Below are positions 39,004 to 52,677 of a stretch of 64,000 nt of DNA, piece after piece. The notes under the pieces are model-generated. The model saw only the letters and a list, made by a program, of their open reading frames with translations, had not been told where the DNA came from and did no database searches. The stretch's first letter is position 1; each line of letters starts with the position of its first letter. The translations under genes were made by a program, and so were the position numbers. The stretch is from contig NMRA01000219.1 of assembly GCA_002633005.1 (NCBI GenBank), forward strand, positions 605,593 through 669,592. Reading direction: 5' to 3'. Source of the DNA: Phoronis australis (Eukaryota > Animalia > Phoronida).

Positions 39004-42000
39004 TTAAACTGGATACGTTTTAACTTAAAAAGAGATTAATGAGTGTTACAATGCAAATTTTGAGATATTTAACTCGATTAACAGATTATTGCCCACGATG
39101 GTAAAATTGTGAACTAAAAATCAAGGTGGGTGTTAAGGCGATCATGGGAATTTAAAACAAAGCTTTTGAGAAGTTTCGGAAGGGTGCTTATATTGAAACG
39201 GTCGATTAGGTAAATGCACCGCGATCTGTGCTGACATTGGACTTAGGGTACAGAAGAGCAGTAGACTATGAGTTGTTATGTGGTTGGTTACTGGAGTAGA
39301 TTCTGCCGAAAATGATCTCAAAGCTAAGCGAGTTGCGTATTTTCTGGGAGGTAGAATTCAGATCAAATATGCATACACAAAAACACAGAACTCACTTTTA
39401 AGGAAGTCTCGGCTATATAATTTGGCGATATGCACAAAGTCGAATATGGGCATAAACCCAGATAAATACGGTAATACAAACCGTGATTATTATCACAGAA
39501 ACATGATCAGTAATAAACTTATACATCAGATATAAAATGCCGAAAGGAACTCTTTAAGATAAGAACACATCCATAAAATACGGGTTTGACACAGGATCGT
39601 AAAACAACAATCTCATACAAATGGTTCAGGTCTGTCTAGGGACAGCCTTAACTGATTTGGGTACAGCCGAGTCCACTTAATGCCAAACTTATCCTTAGTT
39701 TTGACATAAATTATGATAATATGCGGGTATTCTACTGAGCGGGTTGCGACCTTGGCAGTGATTGTAACCACTCTTACAAGCTATTCATGTTAAGTTGAGA
39801 GTCTGAGAGTTGAAAACCGGCAGATTTTTCCCAGGTGCTAAGTTCTGATAATGCAATTAAGAGGGAGAGGGGCAATTTTTATGATTTTTAAAGAGGCATG
39901 GAATGCGAAAGGACATCAAAAATATCTTTTAAACAATTCCTGACAAAAATACAATCTCGCAACATCTACTACAGAGTAATTCACTTTCCCCTGTGAAGAA
40001 ATCTCCACTTTCAATATTGCAATTTAGTCTGTTTATCGTGATCCAAGCCTCTTAATGACGATATCCGAAGAAAATATGACAGCAGGACATTTTGTGGGTC
40101 AATTTCCATGGGCTAATTGGAAACGATAATTTTTTGACGTCGCATGACAACAACCAAGATAGTATATTGTATTGCATTATCAGTACATTGATATTTCATG
40201 GGCTCCACTGGTGGCCTTCTTTCCCCTTCCATAAAAATATGTGAAGATTTTGTGTATTCCACAGCTGTCTGACTAGAACTATGTTGGGGTCAATCTCTTA
40301 CAGATAGACAGTCCATAAATAGAAGCAGAATGGCTGTAGTGAAGTGCTGGTGATAAGAGAGAAGTGATCAGCTTCTAATTCCAGCCATGCCAACACCCAG
40401 AGCTGAAATTCAATAACTAAAAGTAAACACCTTACAAGATCAAATGGCAAGTTTAATTCCAAACGTCAACAAGTTGTACTGTGGTAACAATCGATTTCTT
40501 TTATCAAACATTATTTACAATTGCATGCTCTACAAAAGAAATCTAGTCATTTATGTNTTAAACTGGATAAGTTTTAACTAAAAAGAGTTTAATGAGTTAC
40601 AATGCAAATTTTGAGATATTTAACTCGTCCAGATTATTGCCCACGGTGCTAAAATTGTGAACTAAAAATCAAGGAGGTGGGCGTTAAGGAGATCATGGGA
40701 ATTTAAAACAAAGCTTTTGAGAAGTTTCGGAAGGGTGCTTATATCGAAACGGTCGATTAGGTAAATGCACCGCGATCTGTGCTGACATTGGACTTAGGGT
40801 ACAGAAGAGCAGTAGACTATGAATTGTTACGTGGTTGGTTACTGGAGTAGATTCTGCTGAAAATGATCTCAAAGCTAAGCGAGTTGAGTATTTTCTGGGA
40901 GGTAGAATTCAGATGAAATATGCATCCACAAAAACACAGAACTCACTTTTAAGGAAGTCTCGGCCATACAATTTGGCGATGAGCACAAAGTCGAATATGG
41001 GCATAAACCCAGATAAATACGGTAATACAAACCGTGATTATTATCACAGAAACATGATCAGTAATAAACTTATACATCAGATCTAAAATGCCGAAAGGAA
41101 CTCTTTAAGATAAGAACACATCCATAAAATACGGGTTTGACACAGGATCGTAAAACAACAATCTCATACAAATGGTTCAGGTCTGTCTAGGGACAGCCTT
41201 AACTGATTTGGGTACAGCGGAGTCCACTTAATGCCAAACTTATCCTTAGTTTTGACATAAATTATGATAATATGCGGGTATTCTACTGAGCGGGTTGCGA
41301 CCTTGGCAGTGATTGTAACCACTCTTACAAGCTATTCATGTTAAGTTGAGAGTCTGAGAGTTGAAAACCGGCAGATTTTTCCCAGGTGCTAAGTTCTGAT
41401 AATGCAATTAAGAGGGAGAGGGGCAATTTTTATGATTTTTAAAGAGGCATGGAATGCGAAAGGACATCAAAAATATCTTTTAAACAATTCCTGACAAAAA
41501 TACAATCTCGCAACATCTACTACAGAGTAATTCACTTTCCCCTGTGAAGAAATCTCCACTTTCAATATTGCAATTTAGTCTGTTTATCGCGATCCAAGCC
41601 TCTTAATGACGATATCCGAAGAAAATATGACAGCAGGACATTTTGTGGGTCAATTTCCATGGGCTAATTGGAAACGATAATTTTTTGACGTCGCATGACA
41701 ACAACCAAGATAGTATATTGTATTGCATTATCAGTACATTGATATTTCATGGGCTCCACTGGTGGCCTTCTTTCCCCTTCCATAAAAATATGTGAAGATT
41801 TTGTGTATTCCACAGCTGTCTGACTAGAACTATGTTGGGGTCAATCTCTTACAGATAGACAGTCCATAAATAGAAGCAGAATGGCTGTAGTGAAGTGCTG
41901 GTGATAAGAGAGAAGTGATCAGCTTCTAATTCCAGCCATGCCAACACCCAGAGCTGAAATTCAATAACTAAAAGTAAACACCTTACAAGATCAAATGGCA

Positions 42001-42107
42001 AGTTTAATTCCAAACGTCAACAAGTTGTACTGTGGTAACAATCGATTTCTTTTATCAAACATTATTTACAATTGCATGCTCTACAAAAGAAATCTAGTCA
42101 TTTATGT
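39004..42107. repeat. ~1.55-kb tandem duplication (39004-40556 vs 40558-42107) joined at N 40557
   Basis: Near-identical copies; differences cluster in the first ~550 bp. Confidence 0.95.
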
Positions 42108-43106
42108 GTTGACTTGTGAAATTAATGTTTCCATGGAGGAAGCCTAACACAAACCCTATTGGACAATATTGTAAGACCCTCAAAAGGAACTTCTGTGCAA
42201 TTGTGGTCATTTGGCAATTTCTTCTAAATTATAGATTTGGTACACCACAAAGGAGTTAAAATCCCTAATGAAGCAATGAGTGAGACTGCACAATGGAAGT
42301 GAATGCAGGGGTGCATTCCACAAATGCAAGAACCTGGTGAAAGCATATGACTTTGCCACATATTATCATCCATGTGTAAGATGAGCACTGTCATAAAACC
42401 GTTGCTAAGCACACAACATTACAAGCCACTTATGAAAAGCAGAATCCCCCTTAAACTTCACCACCAAATGCAGACAATTTTCATTTCATAAACTTCCAAA
42501 TGACAAATCTAATGCTTTTTATATTTCTAAATATATCACACCACTAAAAATCCCTACACACCTTTTGGTCACCCTTCGTGGACAGCAACTCATATTTGTT
42601 TATGTAATAAATTACTATATTATTTTAATTATTATTTTATCTAAATATTCTTATATTTTTCAGGTGTTACATATCTATATGTTATTTAAATAATTTTCAG
42701 GTGTTAAACTTAAAGGACAGACGATTTAAATAAGTATCAACTACTTTTTAGTGTTATCAGTATATCGATTGTCCTTTAGTTATTTACTACCTGTTCCTTG
42801 GGCTTCTCTGTGCTGCCTGTTTTTAGCCTACTTCCTGGTCTATCCCTCTCACTCATTGTGCAACGTTCTATTATATATTATTGTCTTGCATTCCATTTCT
42901 TCTGTGGTTAACTGATGTTAAATAAATCAACCAATTAATCAAAATGGCACTGGCTTTACTAACTCAGGCAATTACGTAACTTTGTATGCATAGTTGCAGG
43001 GAACCAGGAACTGATAATTAAGGATGAATACTATCTCACTAAAGTAATCACGGATTTTGTATTTCAAGTAAAGAAAACATTGGAAATTGTTACTTTTCCC
43101 CATTTA

Positions 43107-43441
43107 GTTGCATTTACATGAGAGATTTAGCAACGGATCAGCAGATCGGGTGCAAATGTGTGCGTAAACGTGACTGACACGGAGCAAGTTGACACTGTTG
43201 CGGCCATTTTTTACACCGATTTGCAAAGGTACAGCGAGGTGCACTCGATCAGTTGCTCCATTTTCTGCTACGGTGCGCGTCTAAACACAACTGGGGCAGG
43301 GCGAAAAAGGATTATCTTACCGCTGGCATTCCACGTGGTTTGGACGGCCGCCATTGTTTATGCGAGCATGCGCAGATAGTCTTCCTGTACGTGACTCATG
43401 CTGATCCAGTTTGCGATCTAACGTCGTCGTGTATATGCAAC
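43107..43441. mobile_element. Harbinger-like MITE, family X copy 1
   Basis: TIR tttagttgcatttacatga / tcgtgtatatgcaactaaa; internal gactgacacggagcaagttgacac shared with other copies. Confidence 0.7.
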
Positions 43442-43523
43442 TAAAGTGGAAAGTCGCGCCCTGATAACTGTCATGGTGACAACTGTCATGGTGACAACTG
43501 TCTCTCATTTAAAAGCAGATTTA

Positions 43524-43893
43524 GTTGCATTCAGGTGTGGAGCACTTGACATGGAACAACAGTTGATCAGGTGCAAGTATGCGTAAACACATGACTGACA
43601 TCAGTAAACTAATACTGGGGTCAATTTTCACCAATTTAAGAGTTAGAACAAGTTGCACTTGATCCATTGGTTTCTCCAGTGTGGTGTCTACCTCTAAACA
43701 CAAACTGGGGCAAGGCAGAAGGGATCATCTTTTATTGAGATTATGCAATAAAGTACAAACAAGGGGTCATTTGCGCACCGCATTGTTTTGGATGTTCACC
43801 AGGGTAACTGAACATGCACTGACTATCTTTGTATATCTTGATATAATGGACTTTCTTGCTGAACCAGTTTGAGGTAATTTGGTGTAAATGTGA
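43524..43893. mobile_element. Harbinger-like MITE, family X degenerate copy 2 (tandem to copy 1)
   Basis: Collinear similarity to 43107-43441: ttagttgcatt start, gcgtaaac..tgactgaca, tctaaacacaa(a)ctggggca, gctga.ccagtttg, gtgtaaatg end. Confidence 0.55.
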
Positions 43894-44618
43894 CTCAACT
43901 GGACCAAATCGTGTCATGACAGCATAGGCCGAGTTTTTAGAATGTCCAAGTTTCTATGATGGCAGAACATGGAAATGTCACTTTATAAAAAAATCAACAA
44001 ATGTAAACAGGAAGACAGACTCCATTATTTGCAATTTATGTTCATTTGAAAAATCACATCGGGAACTCTGGCAAACAATCAAGACTATTAAGGCTTGGTA
44101 AAAATTCCCCCCAGAACCCTTCACCAAGCCAGAGATGCTATTGACAGAAAGATACATTGTATCTGTCAGCACAAGCAATTTTTTAGAGATGTCAAGTTTG
44201 TCTACTGGATATAGTCTATTATGACATGGAATAAAGGAGAGTGAGATCAGGGCCCCCATTCACCTGAGGGGAAAAGTGCCTGTGCCTTCTGAGAGGGGAA
44301 AATATTTTGAGTGAGGGGAAAATTCTACTCCCCAGTCACCATCAAAAGCACCCGCACTCCTGTCGCCAGCCCTCAGCCTCTGCTTAAACTAACATTTTGT
44401 GCTGTTTCAAATCATCACCTGAGTCAGTTACAAGGGATTCGAACCTAGAGGGGAATTTTTTAATCACTTGAGAGAAACTTTTGGGCATCATGAGGAGAAT
44501 TTTGCGCATGACTTTTTAATATCGAAAATAGAATTTTACCATGGTAAGGAATACCATAAGATCAATTTTATGAGAGCAAAAGTCGGAATTTGATTCTCAT
44601 GAATCTAGGTTACACTAC

Positions 44619-44652
44619 CTAGATAATGTTTCATCATCCCTTTGACGCGTGC
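44619..44652 (-). CDS. Small membrane protein gene, 34-nt micro-exon 3
   Basis: gctgttAG acceptor, ARVKGMMKHYL, AG|GTAGTG donor; phase 0-1, which is exactly what is needed between exons 2 and 4; splice sites only moderate. Confidence 0.5.
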
Positions 44653-47600
44653 CTAACAGCACACACCAGAATGAAACAATCAGGTTATGATCAAATTTGA
44701 TACGGAACGAACAACTTAATCATTTTTGACATGGGGTTCTTTTGTTTGACATGGCATTCTTTTGTCAACAAAATAAACCACAATGTGATTTGTTTTTAAG
44801 TGTTGTGTCAACCAGCACAACTATTATCCTAAATATGTCAAAGTGTCTAGTCATCACTTTAGCATTGTTTGCCAACATCAGGTGATCTCATTCCAACTAT
44901 ACAGTCATTTGCATTAACGGAAAATATAGTAATTGGGCATTACCCAACATGAATTTTGAGTTTCAAAACCTGATGTCACACTACTGCCCCCCACCCCCCT
45001 TAAGCATGAACATGCCCATAGAGAGTCAGTCTATTATACCAAAAACACAAAGTAGCCCAGTGCAATATAATCACCCATCGTAGTCAGTGCAACCAAACTA
45101 AACCACTTTCCCTTGGGGGAGCCACTTGTATTATCATGGGCAGGGTATGGAAACAGGGCATGGCCTGACCGAAGCCTGAGGCTCCATGACAACCACAAAA
45201 ACTAGGTCAAGAACCTGTTTGCCTCCTGTAAAAACACTCCCACTCCATGTCCAGCATTATTGACCTAGAACATGTGTTCAACAAAACTAGCAATTAAGGT
45301 TAGCCTTGGAACAGCCTTGAAGTGCACCACCTGTGGATCCAGTAACAGGCAGTCAAGTTGACCATCCTTATTACATACATATTACAGACCATAACAGCCT
45401 TGGTCAGTAATCATTCATAACTTTGCTGGTCCTTGTGTATAAATGAAAATGCAACATTTATGCTACTGGTAACAGGAAATTCCACAAAAACTGTAAGATT
45501 CCTACCACTTGAATACAATGTAACCTTAACTGGGTTGATACTAACTTTCTCTCTTATCCTTTCCCCTAATAGAGAAACATAAACTGTTGTGGGGGCCAAA
45601 TGGGGGGGTAGAGTTTCTGTACTCTCAGTTACAGCTCTCAGGCCCTGAACTGCCTCCAAACCAAACCAGTTAGAATATTAATCAGGAGGAAGTAGACTTC
45701 TTTAAGTCCTAGTATTTCTAAATAACCGTAATAAGCTACCTGGATGCGACCAGACATCACGCGACAGGGGTCATGAGTAAAACTTGACTTCACCAAAAAG
45801 GTTTTCTTGTCTACACTTAGCACACATAATATAAATTTTCGACTCTCAATTAAAAAAGCCACCACCAGAAGCTCACATATTAATGGTTCTTCCTAGCCTC
45901 ATTCTGCTTAGCTACAACAAGCTTGGCTTCGAGAAAACTGACAAGTGGTGATTCAGAATAGTGCAGTCAAACTAGATCCTCTCCATCGGCCACCTGCGTA
46001 TTGTTGAGACGGAAGAGTATAAAGTGCCCCCTATATCTGACCCCTGTAGGACCCCACTCTGGTGACGATTCTGAATCCGCAACTGGCTTTAAGAGGCTAT
46101 GCTTCCCTGGTGCGAAGTACCGTAGTTGTCCATTTAACAACATGGTAAATGTCACTAATAATAACCAAAATTGGTCTTATTTCCTTTTGCAATTAAGGTT
46201 TCTAACACTGCTGTAGCTGCTCAGAATTTCTCAGAACCATTGTCTGACTGTAGCCGTGGTATTGGTCCTTCAGAATGGTACAGAATTTATTTGGTGCTAA
46301 TTGTCTTATAGGAAAAATGAAAAAATTTCACTTGTCGGCCATATTGTGTCCTAAATTGGTGAGACTTCACCTTGTATAGTTCTACCTGTCCAGGTTGTCA
46401 ACTTAGAACTCATTAATTATAATGCAGAAGGGACCCATCCCAAGGTGCCAGACACCATCGTGATAAGGGTGCCCTAAATATTGTACAACAAGTGTTCAGA
46501 TGCTGATAAAATGGGGTCAATAGAACCCAAATGACAGACGGGTCAAAAACAGTGACAAAATACCACAAGCAGGCTAAACAAGCATGTGTGTTATTTGTAT
46601 ATGCATGCTGTATATTTAAAGCATGAAATGTCAATATAAATTGCACAACTAAACATAGGGATTTAGCACACAATGGCTTTAACATAAGTCACTGTAATAA
46701 AGATTTGGATATACTGGGTTTTCAAGTTCAAAAAGCATTCATTTACTATACATGGCAATAGATGAATGAATTACTGTTCTCATGAATGAGTTGCTTGTTT
46801 GCACCAGAATGACCGTACACAAACTGCAAACAAACCATACATGTGATGGGGCAAGAGGGTGAACTGGGTTGAAAACATGTTCATTTCACAAGTGTCAACG
46901 CTTCAGTGTAAAATCCACTTCCTTACTCCGGAGTAAACTGATCCTGTTAACTTCCATCTGAGACCGAAGTTTAGTGTTCTCATTGACCGAAACTTTGCTA
47001 ACACCGAAGGTTCGGAGCCAGTGGAAAAGGCCTTTTAGACACATCTAGTTTTGTATAGCCTTCAAAAATATTTCATCAGTTCGTTCATGCCAAATGTTGC
47101 GAGTATAGTTAAGTAAACCCTTTTGTCAATGACTGAACTTGTTGAAAACATGGCATGTACAATGTTCAACACAAAGAGAAGATGGCCCAAAGACAACTGC
47201 TGTATCTGCCACCATAATGATTAATTTATTGAAAAGGCTTTGATACATGAAGTTACATAATGCCAACATACAAACCATGCCAACATACAAACCATGTCAA
47301 CATCAAAGTGTTTTGAATTTTGTAGAGAAATTCTATAAAATCTCTAGCTGCCATATCACGCCCCAAACTGAACTTGAAGAATATTTTAGGGAAGACCTCA
47401 GCAGGAGAACACGATGTACTTTTTCATACAAAGCTTCACGCTAATCAAAAGTCACGACATCTAATGGAAACAAAAGATCTTGATAATAAGTCCAATGCAT
47501 AAAATCTGTGAAAGGTTCACCGTTGAGTCGACACCGCTGTTTTCAACTCGTAAAATTGGCAACGCAAGTCAGAGGAGTCTTCTCACATTGAAAACCCATC

Positions 47601-47714
47601 ATAGGGAGAGCCTTGCATATTTTGTTGTGGTGACATTTAACAATATTATTTCTGTTCTCAGAGTTATGTAATAGATTGTTAAATCGCAACATAATGTTGA
47701 ATCATGTGATCTAA

Positions 47715-48135
47715 AGTCCCGTTTAGACATCAACTTTTCACCCGGCGCAACTGACACGGAGCAAATTGACCCGTGTCAAGCGGCTGTTTACACAAACAAC
47801 TCAATAACCGTGGCATGATGGAAATAAAGGCTGCAGAGACTGGATCGCACATGCGCAGGTTTACAAACGATGACAGTTACAGAGACAAAGAACCCGAACG
47901 TAGGTCATTGCACAAGCGCACTAGAGATGATCCTTTCCGCCTTATTCCAATTTCGCGTTTAGACTTATAATTGACACAGCGCAAGATGTTCAGGCGCAAA
48001 TTACTCTACCTCACAAACGGGTGGCAAAAATTTGCCACAGCGGTGTCAATTTGTGCCGTGTCAGTCCGTTAACACATTGGAACAACTTGTTCCATGTCAG
48101 CTGATCGTGTCAACTTTGTAAGTGTAAACCGCACT
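47715..48135. mobile_element. Harbinger-like MITE, family X copy 3 (opposite orientation)
   Basis: TIR taaagtcccgtttagaca / agtgtaaaccgcacttta; contains actgacacggagcaaattgac and its reverse complement gtgtcaatttgtgccgtgtcagt. Confidence 0.65.
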
Positions 48136-50076
48136 TTATGTGACTGACATCAATTTGTGCATTACATAACCCAGTGGTAACCCCAGCAGGCGTTACCCCT
48201 GCAGTAAGGAAAGACTACTTAACATTATCAGCTATTTCCACAAGTCCTTCAAGTGAAAGTCTTAGAGTTAAATCTTCTCAATTACTGTGATTGGACTAAA
48301 TTCCACCCTTGGCAAGGACTTTTCTGGCCACTGTCAACATGTCAGGACAATGAATTACTTGACAACAAAGTCTCAACCTGTCCAGCTAAAACATTTCAAC
48401 TTTACAGTCTGCTTCACTGAATTTCTTGAAAGCTCCCAGTTTTCATCCAGATGACCAGGTCAAACAGGATAAAATTTATACAAGTCTGCTAATGTATATT
48501 GTCCCTTGAACAATATACATATCACACTATATGCCTGTAATGCAAGGAAAACCACTAACAGAAAGTACCCTATTTTGAAAAATTGCTAGCATTCGCAACA
48601 TGGATAGAAGCCTTAGAAAAATGAAAAAAGTGTGATTTTATCAATCATTCATGTCTGAAATTGGTGAGATTTTGCGTATTATGAACCTTTTTAGTTAATG
48701 TTAATAAAAAAATTAGTAAAAATAATACGATTTCAAACCTAAGTGTGGCACTTTGTGCAAGTTGCACAATGCAAACATTGCGTCTGATCGCCGAATCATA
48801 GTTGTTAAATTATCTGTGTCTGGAATCATTGCTCAAGTTACATGGCAAATTCGTATGTACCTACATACTGGGATCGAAAAGCAGCATGCCATTGTGTACA
48901 GTTATCAGAACAGAAAAGAGAGGAAACGTAATTTACTGAGACTGGTGGACATTTTTGGAGGTTGCTTACTGTGTCTTACTTATGGCTTAAAGAAATGTAA
49001 TCTTTATTAATTTAATTTTCATAGAAACTGCCAAAAATGACATTTATAGTAATCGTGATACGTCAAATTGACCAAAAACACCTTGAAAATTAATTTTCCC
49101 TTTAACGTTTGCTAATATTGGAAGAAGTGTGCACTTTTGAATACAACAAGTAGTAAATTTACGACGGTCAGCAATGCCGACATCCACAATCAGTTTACAG
49201 AAGCTGTAATTTAACTTCATTTAAAGAGCACATATCCTTTAGTACCCACAACCAGCCATTATAACACTTAATTTTGAAAGGAATAGGGTGCCTGAGAATT
49301 GAACTATGCAGGCTTTTTGTTTATGAAAACTATGATTAGGTTAATGACTAAATGTGAAAAAAGTCACAGTCCTCTTTTCATAAAACTGCAACACTTTATT
49401 TACTCAATGACAATATTCCCAGGACAAAATGACTATGTTGTTTAATGAGTTTTAATACCAAACCATATAACCCACACCATTTTCCACTCATTTCAACGCA
49501 AACCAACTGCCACTAACCTGATAAGTAGTTTATTAAAAAAAAATCTTCCTCCTCGGCATCAACAAATCAACGGTAATTGCCTTTTGTTGTGCTTAAGAGC
49601 ATAAATTCAACATCGTTAAATACATACATACTGATAAAACAACTTATTGGAAAAAACATGATGAGATTCTTTTCTCATCGGTGATCAAACAGAAAAAAAT
49701 TAAATATGAATAATATCGATGAGCAACGCAGCCAACAACAACGGTCACAATGGGAGGTGACGACTGTGAACCAAGACGACTGTGAAGCAAGATGACACAA
49801 GTGACAGGTGCTATGGTGTAGTCAAAAGCCATCAGTATTTTAACTTCACAAGCAAGCCCTATTTCCAGTGTCATCACTTTGTATCACTGCCTTGTGCCGC
49901 ACATTGTCATTTTCCACAAGCAGCTAAAAGCAATGATATTCACTGGCCATAAGGCATGATAGCTGATGTTTGTGAATATGCCCCACTGTCTGTCTCCAAA
50001 CATTAAGTTTCAAGATAATCCACTCACCATACTAACAAGCCTGGTGAAATAGGCAGGTGAGAAATAAGTAACGTAC

Positions 50077-50182
50077 CTGATACCGATGCCATAGAAGACT
50101 AGAATGTATAATCACAAGTCCAACGATAAATGAGAAACTGAAGAATACGAAAAAGTGGAATAGCACCCAGTGGTCGAATGTA
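50077..50182 (-). CDS. Small membrane protein gene, exon 2 (transmembrane segment)
   Basis: Strong ttttcttgtttcatttcAG acceptor, TFDHWVLFHFFVFFSFSFIVGLVIIHSSLLWHRYQ, CAG|GTACGT donor; phase 2-0. Confidence 0.7.
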
Positions 50183-50803
50183 CTGAAATGAAACAAGAAA
50201 ATTCACGATCAGTAGTCAAGTCTGGTTCTGACAGGCTTTCCACCATGACAGAAATAGTTTGCAATTCGTCATTGTGTATGGTTTGGTAGCAGCCCTTCAT
50301 TAATGCAAACTTGATTGAAAACACAACTGTAGTTTCTGTTGGACAGCTTGATAAACACACGCTCATACTCTTTAAACAATTTCCGATCTTCTTTCTTCTT
50401 CATTCACCCTCTCCGCTTGCATGCCCTTCTACCTACTGTTACTGTTTATTTCAATGTTCATTTCACTTCCACCACGGTCATTTTACCAAGTGCCTGAGGA
50501 CGAGACATGTGCTGTCGAAATATTGCTACCACTATAACTTGTTTGTAATGTCTATTGGCAGTTTGTTTTACAACTGCAAATCACAAGATCAAAAATTGTA
50601 CAGAGAGTATAAGCAAGTGTACATCAAGCTGTCCAACAGAAAGTATAGTCATGTTTTCAATCAAATTGATCATCTCAACATTTTCATTACTACAGAAAAC
50701 ATTAACAAGAGATCCCGTCACCAACTACATATTTGCCACGTTATCAAGAGTCTTGCCCCTCTATACAAGGCAAAGTTACGTAGTTGAGACACCAGAGTTT
50801 CAG

Positions 50804-51058
50804 CAAGGCTTGGAATGACCAATGACAAAAACGAAGAAAATTTTCCAGGTGATGTATCGTTCCAAAAATAAATATGCTTGTGTGAAAGTCCGATAGAAAT
50901 ATTTTTGTGATGTAAAATTTAACTGAAATAAACACTTTTACATGAACAAAGTCAAAATAATAAAAAAGATACGAAAAAAGAGGAAATTATAAATCAAAAA
51001 GTAGGAAATCGAAACTAAAAAGAGGAAATTCTCTTAAAAGAGGAAATTCCAAGCCCTG
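50804..51058. mobile_element. hAT-like MITE
   Basis: TIR caaggcttggaat / attccaagccctg; subterminal aagaggaaatt repeats; no clean 8-bp TSD. Confidence 0.55.
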
Positions 51059-52309
51059 TTTTAGAGGTCACTGATCAAGTAAGGTCAAGAAATGGGACCA
51101 CCACATGCCAATCAGTTAATGTGGATGCCGCTCATATCTGAATCACGCTGACTGAGTGTCGTCACGAGAGTACATTTTCTTGTTAAGTTGCAAATCGTTC
51201 CCCAAGCTGATGAACTGACTTTGCCTGACCATAGCTGTTTCCACTCAAAATTTGGTAACAGTGTCTTAGTGAGCAGCTTGTATTTGTCTGAGATGGAAAG
51301 AAGACACCAGCATCCTTCATGTACTTATAGTGACTCTGATGGTTTAACCAGAACAAGGCAAAATTTGCTGAAAAACTTCTGTCGAACATCCGACATTTTA
51401 AGATGTGTAACCGTCGATGTGTACCACCTTTGGTGAGAATCTGTCTAGAAGTAAGTGGGTAAGACGCCTCTTTGCTCAAGCTTGATGAAGTTAAATTACT
51501 GGGTAAAGAAGTTGATTTTACGTAACGTCATTTTGATGCTTGAGGTAACAAACACCGACAGATAAGTTAGTTTTGAGTGATGTCTTAGTAATTACCACAG
51601 AATTTTTAGATGGATTTAATGACATCGACAGATTCCAAAGGTGTTCTTCTATGCTCGAATGGCTTATTTTGCATGTTCTACGATGGCATTAATGGTTTAG
51701 GTAATGTAAGGCATAATTTGCCAAAAAAAGCTTCTGGCATATGGAGTCTATGGGATGGCCTCTATCAAAGCCAGTGCCACTGACCTAGTTCAGACAGAAG
51801 TATAGTCTAGCAGTAGCTTGGCAGTAATTTAAACCGAATATTTTATCTTGTATTTGTACCACAGCTTGGTAAAACAGTAAAAAATGGATAAGAGAGTATG
51901 AAACTGGGTTCCAAAAACACAAGTTTGAAAACCACTTGGTCAAGCAAGTAAGAATAGTAAGATTTGTGACCAAGTCAGCCCAATGAAATCGGCAAATCGG
52001 CAATATGTTTTTCAGTGGAAACTACTTTCAAATGTCCATCCCCTGTAGTTTCAGGACTCCTCAACACATGATATTTCAGAATATTATTTTAAGTTACATC
52101 TACAGAATGAATTCACAACTTTAAAAGTTGTTGCTTCAACACTGGCTAACACCTGTCCCATTCATAACACTGACATAGCTGATTTCCCTAGGAAACATTC
52201 CAGTTCCAAGGAAACCAACATTGAACAAGTCAATCATTGAAATTGACTTGAAAACAATATTGCACGATGTTAAATTTCATATACATATTGATAACTTTAA
52301 AAGTTTTAC

Positions 52310-52407
52310 CTGTACTGATTTTCAGTCCCCGGAGATTTTACTTGTTCATGTTGTGTTACATTTTGTGAGTGCGAACTTGACACGCCATCGTCAACATCGT
52401 CCGCCAT
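52310..52407 (-). CDS. Small membrane protein gene, coding exon 1
   Basis: aactATGGCG start, MADDVDDGVSSSHSQNVTQHEQVKSPGTENQY, CAG|GTAAAA donor (phase 2); lies next to the NAPRT start. Confidence 0.65.
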
Positions 52408-52677
52408 AGTTTCGTATGTGAGGTGAACAGCAATGACCTTGACCTACCTGGTGATTCCGGTGGAACTTGTTGTAGGATCAAGAGTTTTTATAGTATCAAA
52501 AAAATGCAAGAAATGACGAGCCATACAAAGTTAAAGGATGAATTAGGGCATCTTTTCATGAAATACCGAAACATTTGTCTCAACTTATTTAGAAAACTTT
52601 AGTATTTGCTCCTCGGTAGTGTACGCCCTCTATTTGCACATTCTCATACCAACTCATTTACGTTCTTTCCAAGAAGC
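52408..52677. promoter_or_regulatory. Putative bidirectional promoter / 5' UTRs
   Basis: 270 bp between the divergent ATGs of the minus-strand gene (52407) and NAPRT (52678); possible acceptor ttctttccaAG at ~52673 implies a small non-coding NAPRT exon inside this gap. Confidence 0.55.

Noticed and set aside
45100-45880. Possible decayed LINE (QVLDLVF-like motif) and two minus-strand ORFs
   Set aside because: Single short motif; no reverse transcriptase or endonuclease context recognisable.
50311-50787. 158-aa ORF
   Set aside because: Spans an inverted repeat in an intron; non-ATG start, no motifs.
51183-51900. Coding-like minus-strand stretch in intron 1 of the orphan gene
   Set aside because: Stops in all frames, no recognisable domain and no compatible splice sites.
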